From an uncultured Clostridia bacterium (GTDB lineage: Bacteria > Bacillota > Clostridia > Christensenellales > CAG-314): a DNA stretch of 64,000 nt. Shown one piece after another: positions 26,382-36,471 of the stretch. The notes under the pieces were generated by a model, which was given only the letters and a program-made list of their open reading frames with translations, had not been told where the DNA came from and searched no databases. The stretch is taken from contig CANQGD010000002.1 in the NCBI GenBank assembly GCA_947601445.1, positions 25,399-89,398 on the forward strand, read 5' to 3'. Each line of letters starts with the position of its first letter. Positions within the stretch are counted from its first letter, which is position 1. The translations under genes and the position numbers were made by a program.

Positions 26382-28247
26382 ATGGCAAACAAATTTACTG
26401 ATTTCTACAACGGAGAAAGCGTCAACGCCTACGAGTTGTTGGGTTGTCACAGAGTGGCAGACGGCTTGTATCACTTTGCGGTGTGGGCTCCGAATGCCAA
26501 GGACGTGTGCGTAGTCGGAGATTTTAACAACTGGCTTTTCGCTCACGACAAGCTCACACTCGAAGACGGTATTTGGCAAATAACCTTGGAGGCGCGCCAC
26601 GGGGACTGCTACAAATTTGCAATCACTACGCAAACGGGCAGCATACTCTACAAGGCGGACCCCTATGCGCGTTACAGCGAACTCCGTCCCAAAACGGCAA
26701 GTATAATTTACGATCCCGAACAGCCGTTTGTTTGGTCGGATGAAAAGTGGGTGGAGAGGCAAAAGAAAAAGGACATTTACAAATCCGCGGTAAATATATA
26801 CGAAGTACACGCAGGCAGTTGGCGTCGTCACTACAACGGTAATATGTACAGCTATCGCGATTTGGCAAAATATCTTGTGCCTTATGTCAAGAGCATGGGT
26901 TATACGCACGTGGAATTTATGCCGCTTGCGGAACATCCTTTTGACGGCAGTTGGGGTTATCAGATTACGGGTTTCTACTCTCCTACCAGCCGTTACGGTA
27001 CTCCGGACGATCTGAAATATCTGATAAACAAATTTCATAAAGCCGGCATAGGTGTAATTCTGGATTGGGTTCCGGCACATTTTTGCAAAGACGCTCACGG
27101 TTTGATGGAATTTGACGGTACTTGCTGTTATGAAAGCGCCGACGAGTTCAAAAAAGAACATAAAGGTTGGGGAACGCGAATCTTTGACTACTCCCGTTAC
27201 GAAGTACAAAGTTTTTTGGTTTCCAATGCGCTGTATTGGCTCAAAGAGTTTCACGTCGACGGATTGCGCGTAGACGCGGTGGCAAGTATGCTGTATCTTG
27301 ACTACGACCGTCGCGACGGAGAATGGCGTCCCAACAAATGGGGTGGAAAAGAAAATCTCGAAGCAATAGATTTTTTGCGCAAACTGAGTTGCCGCGTATT
27401 CGAAGCATGTCCTTATGCGTTGTTTGTGGCAGAGGAATCCACAGCTTTTCCCAAAGTGACGCATCCAACGTACGTAGGCGGATTGGGCTTCAATTACAAA
27501 TGGAATATGGGTTGGATGAACGACGTGCTTTCCTATATGAAAACGGATACTTTGTGGCGTGCGGAACATCACAATCAACTGACGTTTTCCATGTGTTACG
27601 CTTACTCGGAAAATTTCATTCTTCCGCTTTCTCACGACGAAGTCGTACATTTGAAGGGAAGTCTTATCAACAAAATGTTCGGCGATTACGACACCAAATT
27701 TGCACAGCTCAAAGCCTTGTTGGGCTTACAGTATGCTCATCCCGGGAAAAAACTTAATTTTATGGGAGTTGAATTGGCTCAGTGGAACGAATGGACGGAA
27801 GATAAAGAGTTGGATTGGATGTTGCTGACCTATCCGAAACACGACAGTCACAAACTCTTTGTGCAAGAATTGAACAATATTTACAAGAAATATAAGCCGC
27901 TTTATCAGATAGACACAAGCTGGGACGGTTTCAAGTGGTTGCTGCCGGATGACAGCGCAAATAGCGTTTTGTCCTTTGAACGTATCGACAAAAAGGGCAA
28001 CGTTGTACTTGTAATTATCAATTACAGCGTGTACGACTATCGAAAATACGGATTTTTCATGGATGCGGGCGAATATAAGCTGATTTTGGACAGCGACGAA
28101 CTGAAATACGGCGGCAGAGGGGTTGATGTCGTTAAAGACGTTAACACCAATGAAGAAGGCTACGCCGAATTCACAATACCCGCAAGCAGTGTGCTTTATT
28201 ACTACAAGCCTTCCGCCAAATCTAACAAAAAAATGGAGACGAAATAA
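26382..28247 (+). CDS. glgB: 1,4-alpha-glucan branching enzyme
   Basis: Motifs GVILDWVPAHF, DGLRVDAVASMLY, FVAEESTAFP and LPLSHDEVVH are the GH13_9 catalytic regions. SD GGAGGA lies inside the malQ 3' end. Confidence 0.95.
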   Translation: MANKFTDFYNGESVNAYELLGCHRVADGLYHFAVWAPNAKDVCVVGDFNNWLFAHDKLTLEDGIWQITLEARHGDCYKFAITTQTGSILYKADPYARYSELRPKTASIIYDPEQPFVWSDEKWVERQKKKDIYKSAVNIYEVHAGSWRRHYNGNMYSYRDLAKYLVPYVKSMGYTHVEFMPLAEHPFDGSWGYQITGFYSPTSRYGTPDDLKYLINKFHKAGIGVILDWVPAHFCKDAHGLMEFDGTCCYESADEFKKEHKGWGTRIFDYSRYEVQSFLVSNALYWLKEFHVDGLRVDAVASMLYLDYDRRDGEWRPNKWGGKENLEAIDFLRKLSCRVFEACPYALFVAEESTAFPKVTHPTYVGGLGFNYKWNMGWMNDVLSYMKTDTLWRAEHHNQLTFSMCYAYSENFILPLSHDEVVHLKGSLINKMFGDYDTKFAQLKALLGLQYAHPGKKLNFMGVELAQWNEWTEDKELDWMLLTYPKHDSHKLFVQELNNIYKKYKPLYQIDTSWDGFKWLLPDDSANSVLSFERIDKKGNVVLVIINYSVYDYRKYGFFMDAGEYKLILDSDELKYGGRGVDVVKDVNTNEEGYAEFTIPASSVLYYYKPSAKSNKKMETK

Positions 28248-30668
28248 ATGCCGACAACCAACGGAAACTTGACAAAAGCGCGTATCAAAGATTTGATTGA
28301 AAGCGCGTCAAACAAGGCTTACGGAATTTCCGCAAGCGAACTTACGTCCTCGCAACTTTACAAATGTGTGGCAAGCGTTGTGAGAGATATGCTATTGGAA
28401 AAGCGTACTGCTTTCAACCGTCAATACAAAGCGCGTGACAGAAAAAGAGTTCACTATCTTTCCATGGAATTTTTGATGGGACGCAGTCTCAAAAACAACC
28501 TTTTCAACATGGAATTGGAAGAGCTTTTTGCGGAAACATTAAAAAAATATTACTATGTAGACATCAACGAAATATATGACTGCGAACCCGACGCCGGTTT
28601 GGGTAACGGGGGTTTGGGCAGACTTGCCGCCTGCTATCTGGATTGCCTTGCCAAAGAAAATTATCCCGTTATGGGTCATTCGCTGCGTTTCGAATACGGG
28701 TTTTTCCAACAAAAAATTGTGGACGGTTGGCAAACGGAATTGCCGGAAAATTGGCTGCCGGGCGGCGAAGTTTGGCTCAAAGAACGCCCCGATAAAGTGC
28801 AAGTAGTGCGTTTCGGGGGCGAAGTCAAGGAAATTTGGACGGATCAAGGACCTATTTATCAACAGGTCAACTGTCAGGAAGTAAAAGCGTTTCCTTACGA
28901 TATGGTGGTGGAAGGCTATGACGCTACGGCAGTAGGCGTACTCAGACTGTGGGCAGCCCGTCCCAACAAGCCATTCGACTTCCGTACATTCGGACAGGGA
29001 GAGTATTTGCGCGCGCTCGAAGAACAATCGCAAGCGGAAATGATTACAAAAGTGTTGTATCCCAACGACGACCACGAAGAGGGTAAGACGCTTCGCCTGA
29101 AACAGGAATATTTTTTGGTATCCTCCGCAATGCAGAACATTGTTGCCGACCATTACAGGCGTTACGGCAATTTCGACAAATTTACCGACCTTGTGGCAGT
29201 GCATATCAATGATACGCATCCCGCGCTTTGCGGACCCGAGTTGATGCGTATATTTATCGACGAATATCATATGGATTGGGATAAAGCGTGGGGTTTGGTA
29301 AAATCCGTCACCGCTTATACCAATCATACGGTTATGGCAGAGGCATTGGAGTGTTGGCCGCAATATATTTTCCAACGCTTGTTGCCGCGAATTTATCAAA
29401 TAATAGTGGAGATCAACGAAAGAGCCTGTAAGGAATTTTTCGACAAAACGCAGGATTTCAAAAAAGTATCCGATCTTGCGATAATTGCTTACGATCAGGT
29501 TCGTATGGCAAATTTGTCCATTATCAGTTCTCACAGCGTCAACGGCGTGAGCGAATTGCACAGCGAAATTTTAAAAAACGATTTATTTAAAAACTTTTAC
29601 GAACTCGACCCGCGTTTGTTTACGAACGTGACAAACGGTATCGCTCACCGCAGATGGCTTTGTCAGGCAAACCCCGGACTGACCGGTTTGATAAAGGAGC
29701 TTATCGGAGACAAATTTGTTTCGGAAGCGAGCGAACTTAGCAAGCTAAACGCTTATCTCGACGACAAAAATGTTCATGAGCGTATGTCAAAAATAAAACT
29801 TGCCAACAAAGAACGTTTTGCAGATCGCGCTATGCAGCGCCTCGGAGTAAAAATCGATCCGAATACGCGTTTCGACGTCCAGATAAAGAGATTGCACGAA
29901 TACAAGCGTCAGCTTCTCAACGTGTTGAAGATAATTTCTCTCTATCACGATCTCAAAGAAAATCCCGAACTCGACGTTACTCCGCAAACCTTCATTTTCG
30001 GAGCGAAGGCGGCTCCAAGCTACTATGCCGCCAAGGAAGTCATTAAATTGATTTGCTGTATTCAAAAAGATTTGGAATCTCATCCGAAAATCCGCGAAAA
30101 GCTGAACGTTGTATTTATGGAAAATTACAGCGTCACGATGGCGGAGGACCTCATTCCGGCGGCGGAAATTTCCGAGCAAATTTCGCTTGCTGGAAAGGAA
30201 GCCAGCGGTACATCCAATATGAAGTTTATGATAAACGGAGCTATTACGTTGGGAACGATGGACGGCGCAAATGTCGAAATTCACGACAGCGTGGGCGATG
30301 ATAATATCTTTATTTTCGGTATGGATTCCGCCGAAGTCGCGGAATTGTGGGAAACCGGTTACAACAGCACATCTTACTATTTCAAATTGCCGAAACTGCG
30401 CATAATTATCGAAGAGCTGAACAACGGCTTTGCGGGCGAAACATTTGAAAACATCAGTAACTATTTGCTGAGGAACTACCCGATAGCCGATCCGTATATG
30501 TGCTTTGCGGATTTTGCCGATTATATGAACGCTTACGAAAAGTTGGATGAAGCATACCGTGATAGCGCTCGTTGGAACAGAATGTCTTTGAAAAACATTG
30601 CCGAATCCGGCAGATTTGCCGCAGATCGTGCCGTCCGTGAATACGCAACGAGAATTTGGAGAATGTAA
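28248..30668 (+). CDS. glgP: Glycogen/maltodextrin phosphorylase (GT35)
   Basis: GLGNGGLGRLAACYLD and the PLP-lysine region ISLAGKEASGTSNMKFMINGA. The ATG directly abuts the glgB stop (TAAATG). Confidence 0.95.
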   Translation: MPTTNGNLTKARIKDLIESASNKAYGISASELTSSQLYKCVASVVRDMLLEKRTAFNRQYKARDRKRVHYLSMEFLMGRSLKNNLFNMELEELFAETLKKYYYVDINEIYDCEPDAGLGNGGLGRLAACYLDCLAKENYPVMGHSLRFEYGFFQQKIVDGWQTELPENWLPGGEVWLKERPDKVQVVRFGGEVKEIWTDQGPIYQQVNCQEVKAFPYDMVVEGYDATAVGVLRLWAARPNKPFDFRTFGQGEYLRALEEQSQAEMITKVLYPNDDHEEGKTLRLKQEYFLVSSAMQNIVADHYRRYGNFDKFTDLVAVHINDTHPALCGPELMRIFIDEYHMDWDKAWGLVKSVTAYTNHTVMAEALECWPQYIFQRLLPRIYQIIVEINERACKEFFDKTQDFKKVSDLAIIAYDQVRMANLSIISSHSVNGVSELHSEILKNDLFKNFYELDPRLFTNVTNGIAHRRWLCQANPGLTGLIKELIGDKFVSEASELSKLNAYLDDKNVHERMSKIKLANKERFADRAMQRLGVKIDPNTRFDVQIKRLHEYKRQLLNVLKIISLYHDLKENPELDVTPQTFIFGAKAAPSYYAAKEVIKLICCIQKDLESHPKIREKLNVVFMENYSVTMAEDLIPAAEISEQISLAGKEASGTSNMKFMINGAITLGTMDGANVEIHDSVGDDNIFIFGMDSAEVAELWETGYNSTSYYFKLPKLRIIIEELNNGFAGETFENISNYLLRNYPIADPYMCFADFADYMNAYEKLDEAYRDSARWNRMSLKNIAESGRFAADRAVREYATRIWRM

Positions 30669-32521
30669 TGGACTACGTAAGATACAATCCCACAGACGAA
30701 TTTTACAAGTCGATCGTCGGCGCAGTCGGCGAGGACGTTCGATTCGGCATACGCTTGCAAATACACGAAGTAGTCAATCCCTCCAAAGTTACGCTTGTTG
30801 TGTACAGCGACGATCATACTTTGAAAAACGAGTACGTAATGTACAAGGATTGGAGCGGTGATGGCTATGACAATTATATCGCCGATATACAACTGAAAAA
30901 AGGCTTGTATTGGTACTATTTTGTTATGGATGGCGTCACTTACGAACGTTTTATCGGCATGGGCGCCAATCACACGGCGACGATGTTTTTTGAAAATGTC
31001 GTACCGTATCAGCTTTCTATTTACAAAAAAGAATATGAAACGCCCTCGTGGCTCAACAAGGGCGTAATGTACCAGATTATGGTAGACCGTTTTTGTGCGA
31101 CGGGAGAGACGACCGCCACAGAAGATAAGGTAATGAGACATTGGGGCGAACAGCCTTTTTATCGCGAAGAGGACGGAGTCGTTCGTAACAGAGACTTTTT
31201 CGGCGGTAATCTGAAAGGAATAATCTCCAAGTTGGATTATCTCAAATCGCTTAATGTCACTACGCTGTATCTCAATCCTATTTTCAAGGCATATTCCAAC
31301 CACAAATACGATACTGAGGACTACGAACTTATCGATCCGATGTTCGGCAGCAACGAAGATTTTGCTCAGCTTTGCGAAAAGGCGGGCAAACTTGGCATAC
31401 GTATAGTGTTGGACGGCGTATTCAATCATGTCGGCAGCAGTTCCAAATACTTCAATCGCGGAAAAAAATACGGCGAGGGAGGCGCGTACAACGACGTTCA
31501 ATCTCCCTATCGCGATTGGTTTCATATCAACGATGACGGCAGTTACGAGTGTTGGTGGAATTTTCGCAGTCTGCCGCGCATAAATGCACACAGCAAGGGT
31601 GCGCAAAGATACTTTACTTCCAAAAACGGTATTGTGCCGCGTTGGTTGAGAGCGGGCGCCGCAGGTTGGCGATTGGATGTTGTAGACGAAATAGACGATT
31701 GCATGCTTAACAAGATTGTCGCCGCCGCAAAAAAGGAAAAATCGGACGCGGTAATAATCGGAGAAGTTTGGGAGGACGCTTCCAACAAAGTGGACTACGG
31801 AGTACGTCGGCACTATCTGGACGGAAGTCAGCTGGACAGCGTAATGAATTATCCGCTGATGAACGGCATAATATCTTTTGTACGCGACGGCAACGAACAG
31901 GTATTGAGCAGCGTGGTATTCGATACGTTAAACAACTATCCGCGTTATATTCGAAACAATTTGATGAATATTTTGGGTACGCATGATACCATACGTATAC
32001 TTACCAATCTTGCGGGGACGCGGCTTGACAATGCTCCGAAAGATATTATGGCGCGTACGCGTCTTAACGACTATCAATACAAAGAAGGCTGCAAACTTTT
32101 GAAAATAGCGGCGGTGCTTCAATACACGATGTTCGGTTTCCCTTGCGTGTTTTACGGCGACGAGGTGGCGGTCGAAGGATATAAAGACCCTTTCTGCCGC
32201 GCGTGCTATCCGTGGGACGAGCAAAACAAACTTATGTTGGATTTCTATCGCAGATTGGGCGAACTGAGAAAAATGTCCGTCTTTGCAGACGGAGATTTTC
32301 GCGAACTCGCGGCAGAGCGCGGAGTATATGCTTTCGAACGCGTAGATACCGAGACGGAAACGCAAGCGATAGTTGCGGTAAATCGCGGGCAGGATGTTTA
32401 CAAACTGTATCTCGGAGATACATATGAAGATGTTTTGACGGGACGCAAGTATTCCAAGAGTTGCCATTTGCAGCACAACGGGTACGTTATATTGAAAAAA
32501 CTCACTTCAAAAGCCATATAA
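30668..32521 (+). CDS. GH13 alpha-amylase-family enzyme (neopullulanase/cyclomaltodextrinase-like)
   Basis: Motifs YQIMVDRF, DGVFNHVG, GWRLDVVDEI, IIGEVWED and LGTHDT are GH13 regions I-IV. The start overlaps the glgP stop (TAATG). Confidence 0.85.
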   Translation: MDYVRYNPTDEFYKSIVGAVGEDVRFGIRLQIHEVVNPSKVTLVVYSDDHTLKNEYVMYKDWSGDGYDNYIADIQLKKGLYWYYFVMDGVTYERFIGMGANHTATMFFENVVPYQLSIYKKEYETPSWLNKGVMYQIMVDRFCATGETTATEDKVMRHWGEQPFYREEDGVVRNRDFFGGNLKGIISKLDYLKSLNVTTLYLNPIFKAYSNHKYDTEDYELIDPMFGSNEDFAQLCEKAGKLGIRIVLDGVFNHVGSSSKYFNRGKKYGEGGAYNDVQSPYRDWFHINDDGSYECWWNFRSLPRINAHSKGAQRYFTSKNGIVPRWLRAGAAGWRLDVVDEIDDCMLNKIVAAAKKEKSDAVIIGEVWEDASNKVDYGVRRHYLDGSQLDSVMNYPLMNGIISFVRDGNEQVLSSVVFDTLNNYPRYIRNNLMNILGTHDTIRILTNLAGTRLDNAPKDIMARTRLNDYQYKEGCKLLKIAAVLQYTMFGFPCVFYGDEVAVEGYKDPFCRACYPWDEQNKLMLDFYRRLGELRKMSVFADGDFRELAAERGVYAFERVDTETETQAIVAVNRGQDVYKLYLGDTYEDVLTGRKYSKSCHLQHNGYVILKKLTSKAI

Positions 32522-32611
32522 ATTCAATTGCTTTCGAGGGTCGTTTTTATCCCCGGAGATTTTGTATCCGAAATCGGTACGAAGTCTCCTTTGTTACGAG
32601 AGGACGAAATT

Positions 32612-33538
32612 GTGAAAAAACCAACGGTCAAAGGGTTTTTGACCAAATTGACGGAATATATCTGGATGACGGTGGCGGGGCTGCTTAATGCGGTTACGCT
32701 TTATACCTTTCTCAACCCGTCCAAATTGATTGCGGGCGGATTCAGCGGTTTGGCGTCGGCGCTTACATATATATTCCATTTGTTTATCGACAGCGTTACT
32801 TACGACCAGCTTATGTCTGTTGTGTACCTGATACTCAACATTCCGCTGCTTGTTTGCTCGGTAATTTTTCTGCGCGGCGATTTTACGGTAAAAACCGTAT
32901 ATGCTACGGTTGTTTGTACCGTTGCATTGGCGGTATTTCCGCATATATCTTTTCCGCAGTTCAACGAATCGCGCATTATCGGAGTTATTTTTGCCGCGGT
33001 TATTATCGGATATTCTATGTATATTGCGAGCGAAGTCAACGGGTCCAACGGCGGCACCGAGATAATCGCACGAATAGTTTCCAAGTATCACCCCGAAATC
33101 GATTTGAGCAAGGTGATACTTGTGTCAAACTTTTTGATTGCCGTGGCGGGCAGTGTAATCGTGATAATAATCGAAGGCGAAAACTTGTCGATAGTTGTTT
33201 ATTCGTTGATATACGTGGTACTTGGTTCAACGTTTATGGGTATGTTCAAGCGCGGTTTCAACCATCCTCAAAAGTTTATGATAGTGACAACCGAATACGA
33301 GCGATTGACGGAGGACATCACCGCATATTTCAAGCGCGGGTGCAGCGTGGTGGACGCAAAAGGCATTTCCAACGACGGGCGTGAACGGAAGATTGTTTTC
33401 GTAGTCGTGCAGTACAGACAGCGCGTTCACCTGAAACAGTTGATAAAAGCCAGAGACCCGCACGCCTTTGTGTTTGTAAAGGATGTATATGACGTATTCA
33501 GCCGTCCCACTTTCAACAGGAGCTATAAAATCAAATGA
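32612..33538 (+). CDS. YitT family membrane protein (DUF2179 C-terminal domain)
   Basis: LIAGGFSGLA and GSNGGTEII motifs. I chose the GTG start with SD GAGAGGA, but the start is uncertain. Confidence 0.7.
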   Translation: MKKPTVKGFLTKLTEYIWMTVAGLLNAVTLYTFLNPSKLIAGGFSGLASALTYIFHLFIDSVTYDQLMSVVYLILNIPLLVCSVIFLRGDFTVKTVYATVVCTVALAVFPHISFPQFNESRIIGVIFAAVIIGYSMYIASEVNGSNGGTEIIARIVSKYHPEIDLSKVILVSNFLIAVAGSVIVIIIEGENLSIVVYSLIYVVLGSTFMGMFKRGFNHPQKFMIVTTEYERLTEDITAYFKRGCSVVDAKGISNDGRERKIVFVVVQYRQRVHLKQLIKARDPHAFVFVKDVYDVFSRPTFNRSYKIK

Positions 33539-34536
33539 AAAATCAAATTCAACCAAAACGCAGTTTTGTTTATAATCTGAAACAATATTTGTTGATATTT
33601 CTCGCAAGTTTGGCGACGGCTGTTTCGGTAGAGGTGTTTTTGTTGCCTGCAAACGCAATAGTGGGCGGCGTGTTGGGAGTATCGTCCATTTTGGATTTGT
33701 TGCTGACGGGGCTTGAATCGAAATGGTATTTTTCATCGGGAATTTGGTTGATCGTACTCAATATCCCCATCATAATATATTGCTTTTTGATATATCGCAG
33801 ACGTTTTGCAGTCAAAACCATGGTATACCTGTTGCTGTTGGGGACGGAATTGATTGCGCTGCGCGAGTGCAGGGTGGCGGAATTGGTGAAAACCGTCATG
33901 ACAAAGGAAGGCGACACTTACGACAAGGTGTTGTATGTGTTGTTGGGCGGCGCGTTACACGGAGTTTCACTGCCCATATTGCTTTCGGTAAATGCGTCTA
34001 CGGGCGGAACGGATATTGTAGGCCTGATTGTACAAAAACATTCCAAAAAGAGCAGCAGCGATGCGATGCGTTTCATTTTATTGGCAAATGCCGTTGTTAT
34101 TACCGTGGCAAGCGTTGTATTCGGATTGGTAAACAAGGACCCCGCGGAAGGTATAGATATGTTTATTTATTCCATGGCGGCGTTGTTTATTTGCGAAATC
34201 GTGCAAGAAGCAATTTTCAAGGGTTTTTCTTCGGCAATAGAATTGGAAATCACTACGGACAAACCTTTGGAAATGACGCAAGAGTTGACAACACAGCTTA
34301 AACACGGTTTGACGTCCGTAAAAGTCGTGGGCGGCTACTCTCACGTGGAAAGAGAGATGTTGTTGTGCGTCATTCATAAATCACAATTGGTAAAGGCGCG
34401 AAGAATAATAAATCACGTCGATCCTAACGCATTTGCCTATGTGGAAAATGTCAAAGAGGTTATCGGCAACGGATTTGCCAACAAAGAAATAGAGTTGGAA
34501 CAGGAGGACGAGACCGATTCGCCCGAACAACGATAA
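33535..34536 (+). CDS. YitT family membrane protein (second paralogue)
   Basis: IVGGVLGVSSI and ASTGGTDIVG motifs plus a C-terminal DUF2179-like region. It overlaps the upstream gene by 4 nt. Confidence 0.8.
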   Translation: MKNQIQPKRSFVYNLKQYLLIFLASLATAVSVEVFLLPANAIVGGVLGVSSILDLLLTGLESKWYFSSGIWLIVLNIPIIIYCFLIYRRRFAVKTMVYLLLLGTELIALRECRVAELVKTVMTKEGDTYDKVLYVLLGGALHGVSLPILLSVNASTGGTDIVGLIVQKHSKKSSSDAMRFILLANAVVITVASVVFGLVNKDPAEGIDMFIYSMAALFICEIVQEAIFKGFSSAIELEITTDKPLEMTQELTTQLKHGLTSVKVVGGYSHVEREMLLCVIHKSQLVKARRIINHVDPNAFAYVENVKEVIGNGFANKEIELEQEDETDSPEQR

Positions 34537-34577
34537 AAAATCGAAGGGCTGCTCATTATTCGAGCAGCCCGATTTTG
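34535..34577. terminator. Bidirectional rho-independent terminator
   Basis: GGGCTGCTC (34546-34554) / GAGCAGCCC (34562-34570), flanked by an A-run upstream and T-run downstream. It sits between convergent genes. Confidence 0.75.
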
Positions 34578-34612
34578 TCGTTGGTTATGTACAAGAGAGT
34601 GCGAATTATCGC

Positions 34613-34864
34613 TTATTTGCAACCGTGACCCAATGAAATTCCGCCGGTGCAAAACAGTAATGCCGTGAGCAAAATCAAGCAGCAGGGGTTTACATTCAGG
34701 CTGAAATTTTTGAGTTTTCCGCCGCAGCAGCACAAAAACAGGATTATCAAAAGAATCCATGTGCAGTTGCAGCCGCCGAACGTCATTCCTCCTCCGCAGC
34801 CGCCGTTACCGCCGCCGCAATTGTTTCCTTCGTAATTGCCTTCGTTAAACATTCCGTTGAACAT
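34613..34864 (-). CDS. Cys/Gly-rich small membrane protein (83 aa)
   Basis: SD GGAGG sits 6 nt before ATG 34864. The product is MFNGMFNEGNYEGNNCGGGNGGCGGGMTFGGCNCTWILLIILFLCCCGGKLKNFSLNVNPCCLILLTALLFCTGGISLGHGCK, with 11 Cys, 19 Gly and two hydrophobic helices. Confidence 0.6.
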   Translation of the reverse strand: MFNGMFNEGNYEGNNCGGGNGGCGGGMTFGGCNCTWILLIILFLCCCGGKLKNFSLNVNPCCLILLTALLFCTGGISLGHGCK

Positions 34865-34921
34865 TGATACCTCCATTCGCCGAGAAACTCGACTTTCGTA
34901 TTCGACTGAATCAGTCTGTTG

Positions 34922-34949
34922 TACAATATGGTTTTTTCAAAAAAAATGT
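34922..34949 (-). promoter_or_regulatory. Sigma-K-like promoter (AC-17-CATAnnnTA) upstream of the Cys-rich ORF
   Basis: The minus strand reads AC (34949-34948), a 17-nt spacer, then CATATTGTA (34930-34922). This matches all defined positions of the B. subtilis sigma-K consensus. Confidence 0.35.
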
Positions 34950-35003
34950 TACGTGCAACTTGTTTGACATTTGTATTATAATGTTTTAGTATATTATAAG
35001 TTT

Positions 35004-36353
35004 ATGAATATACAGTTATCGGACAAGTTTACATATAAAAAATTGCTGCGTTTTTGTTTGGGTCCCATTTTTATGATGATCTTCACATCCGTCTATTCAG
35101 TGGTGGATGGAATTTTCGTGTCAAATTTTGCGGGAGAGGACCCGTTCAAGGCGATAAACCTGATTTTCCCCGTGATAATGATTTTGGGCGCGGTAGGATT
35201 TATGTTCGGTGCGGGCGGCACCGCAGTTGTATCCAAAACCCTCGGTGAGGGGAACAAAAAACGCGCAAACGAGTATTTTACTTTGGTTGTTACCGTTACG
35301 TTTGCAACGGGCATTATTTTTGCCTTGGGATTTTTCTTTTTGCTTCGTCCCATTGCGGCGGTGATAGGCGCAACGGGCGCCGTGTTGGAGGATGCCGTAA
35401 TCTATTCGAAAATCATAATAATCGCACTGCCCTTTTTTATGTTGCAAAACCTGTTTCAAAGTTTCTTTATTGCCGCGGAAAAACCCAAACTCGGTTTTTT
35501 GTTTACAGTGGCAAGCGGGATTACCAACATTGTTTTTGACGCGGTTTTCATAATCGGCTGCAAATTGGGCGTTGCCGGCGCCGCAATAGGAACTGCGCTT
35601 TCGCAATTTGTGGGCGGCGTGCTTCCTCTGATTTATTTTGCGTGCAAAAACGGCAGTCTGTTGCGATTTGTCAAATTTCGCATGTATTGGCGCGTAATAG
35701 GCAAATCTTGCGTCAACGGGTCCTCCGAACTGTTGGGAAATATCGCAATGTCCTTGGTTTCCGTAATATACAATTGGCAGCTCATTCGTACCGTGGGCGA
35801 CGACGGCGTGGCGGCATTCGGAGTGATAATGTATGTTCAGTTTGTTTTCGTCGCGATATTTATAGGTTATTGTTTAGGCGTTGCGCCCATAGTCGGATAC
35901 AATTTCGGCGCGCAAAACAGGACGGAATTGCAAAATATTTTCAAAAAGTCCATGATAATACTCGCATTAACAAGTCTTGCCATGACGGCGGCTGCCGAAT
36001 TGCTTGCCCGACCGATAGCGCTTGTTTTCGTAAGTTACGACGAAACTCTTATGGAAATGACAACTCGCGGCATGCGGCTGTATTCGGTTTGTTTTTTGTT
36101 CAGCGGATTTTGTATGTTCTGTTCTTCTTTCTTTACTGCGCTAAGCAACGGATTGATTTCCGCAGTGGTATCGTTCGGGCGCACGTTGGTATTTCAATTG
36201 CTGTGTATCTGGTTGCTTCCGATCTGGCTGGGTTTGGACGGAATCTGGATTTCCACGCCCGTTGCGGAAGGAGTATCTTTGTTGTTGTGTACCGTTATGT
36301 TTGTTGCAAACAACAAACGTTACGGATACGTTGCAATAAAACGCAAAAGGTAG
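35004..36353 (+). CDS. MATE family efflux transporter
   Basis: 12-TM protein starting MNIQLSDKFTYKKLLRFCLGPIFMMIFTSVYSVVDGIFVSNFAG, a typical MATE N-terminus. Confidence 0.85.
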   Translation: MNIQLSDKFTYKKLLRFCLGPIFMMIFTSVYSVVDGIFVSNFAGEDPFKAINLIFPVIMILGAVGFMFGAGGTAVVSKTLGEGNKKRANEYFTLVVTVTFATGIIFALGFFFLLRPIAAVIGATGAVLEDAVIYSKIIIIALPFFMLQNLFQSFFIAAEKPKLGFLFTVASGITNIVFDAVFIIGCKLGVAGAAIGTALSQFVGGVLPLIYFACKNGSLLRFVKFRMYWRVIGKSCVNGSSELLGNIAMSLVSVIYNWQLIRTVGDDGVAAFGVIMYVQFVFVAIFIGYCLGVAPIVGYNFGAQNRTELQNIFKKSMIILALTSLAMTAAAELLARPIALVFVSYDETLMEMTTRGMRLYSVCFLFSGFCMFCSSFFTALSNGLISAVVSFGRTLVFQLLCIWLLPIWLGLDGIWISTPVAEGVSLLLCTVMFVANNKRYGYVAIKRKR

Positions 36354-36471
36354 TATAATGAACTCAAAAATAAAAACCGAAGTAAATTGCTTCGTCCGCG
36401 TTTGCATTGCGGCGTTTTGCATGCGCCGAATGTGATCGGGTAAAGAGTATGGCAGGCGACGACAAATCAAT

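Noticed and set aside
26217-27650. 477-aa minus-strand ORF
   Set aside because: It is antisense to malQ/glgB, which carry clear GH77/GH13 catalytic motifs, so it is a shadow ORF. The same reasoning applies to 21583-22752 (antisense to GH31), 28539-29561 and 30533-31813 (antisense to glgP/GH13), 46143-47276 (antisense to pdp), 55889-56860 and 59435-60277.
34647-34835. 62-aa plus-strand ORF with a PPPQPPLPPPQ stretch
   Set aside because: It is the antisense image of the Gly/Cys-rich codons (GGC/GGN read as CCN) of the better-supported minus-strand peptide gene, which has an SD and a terminator.
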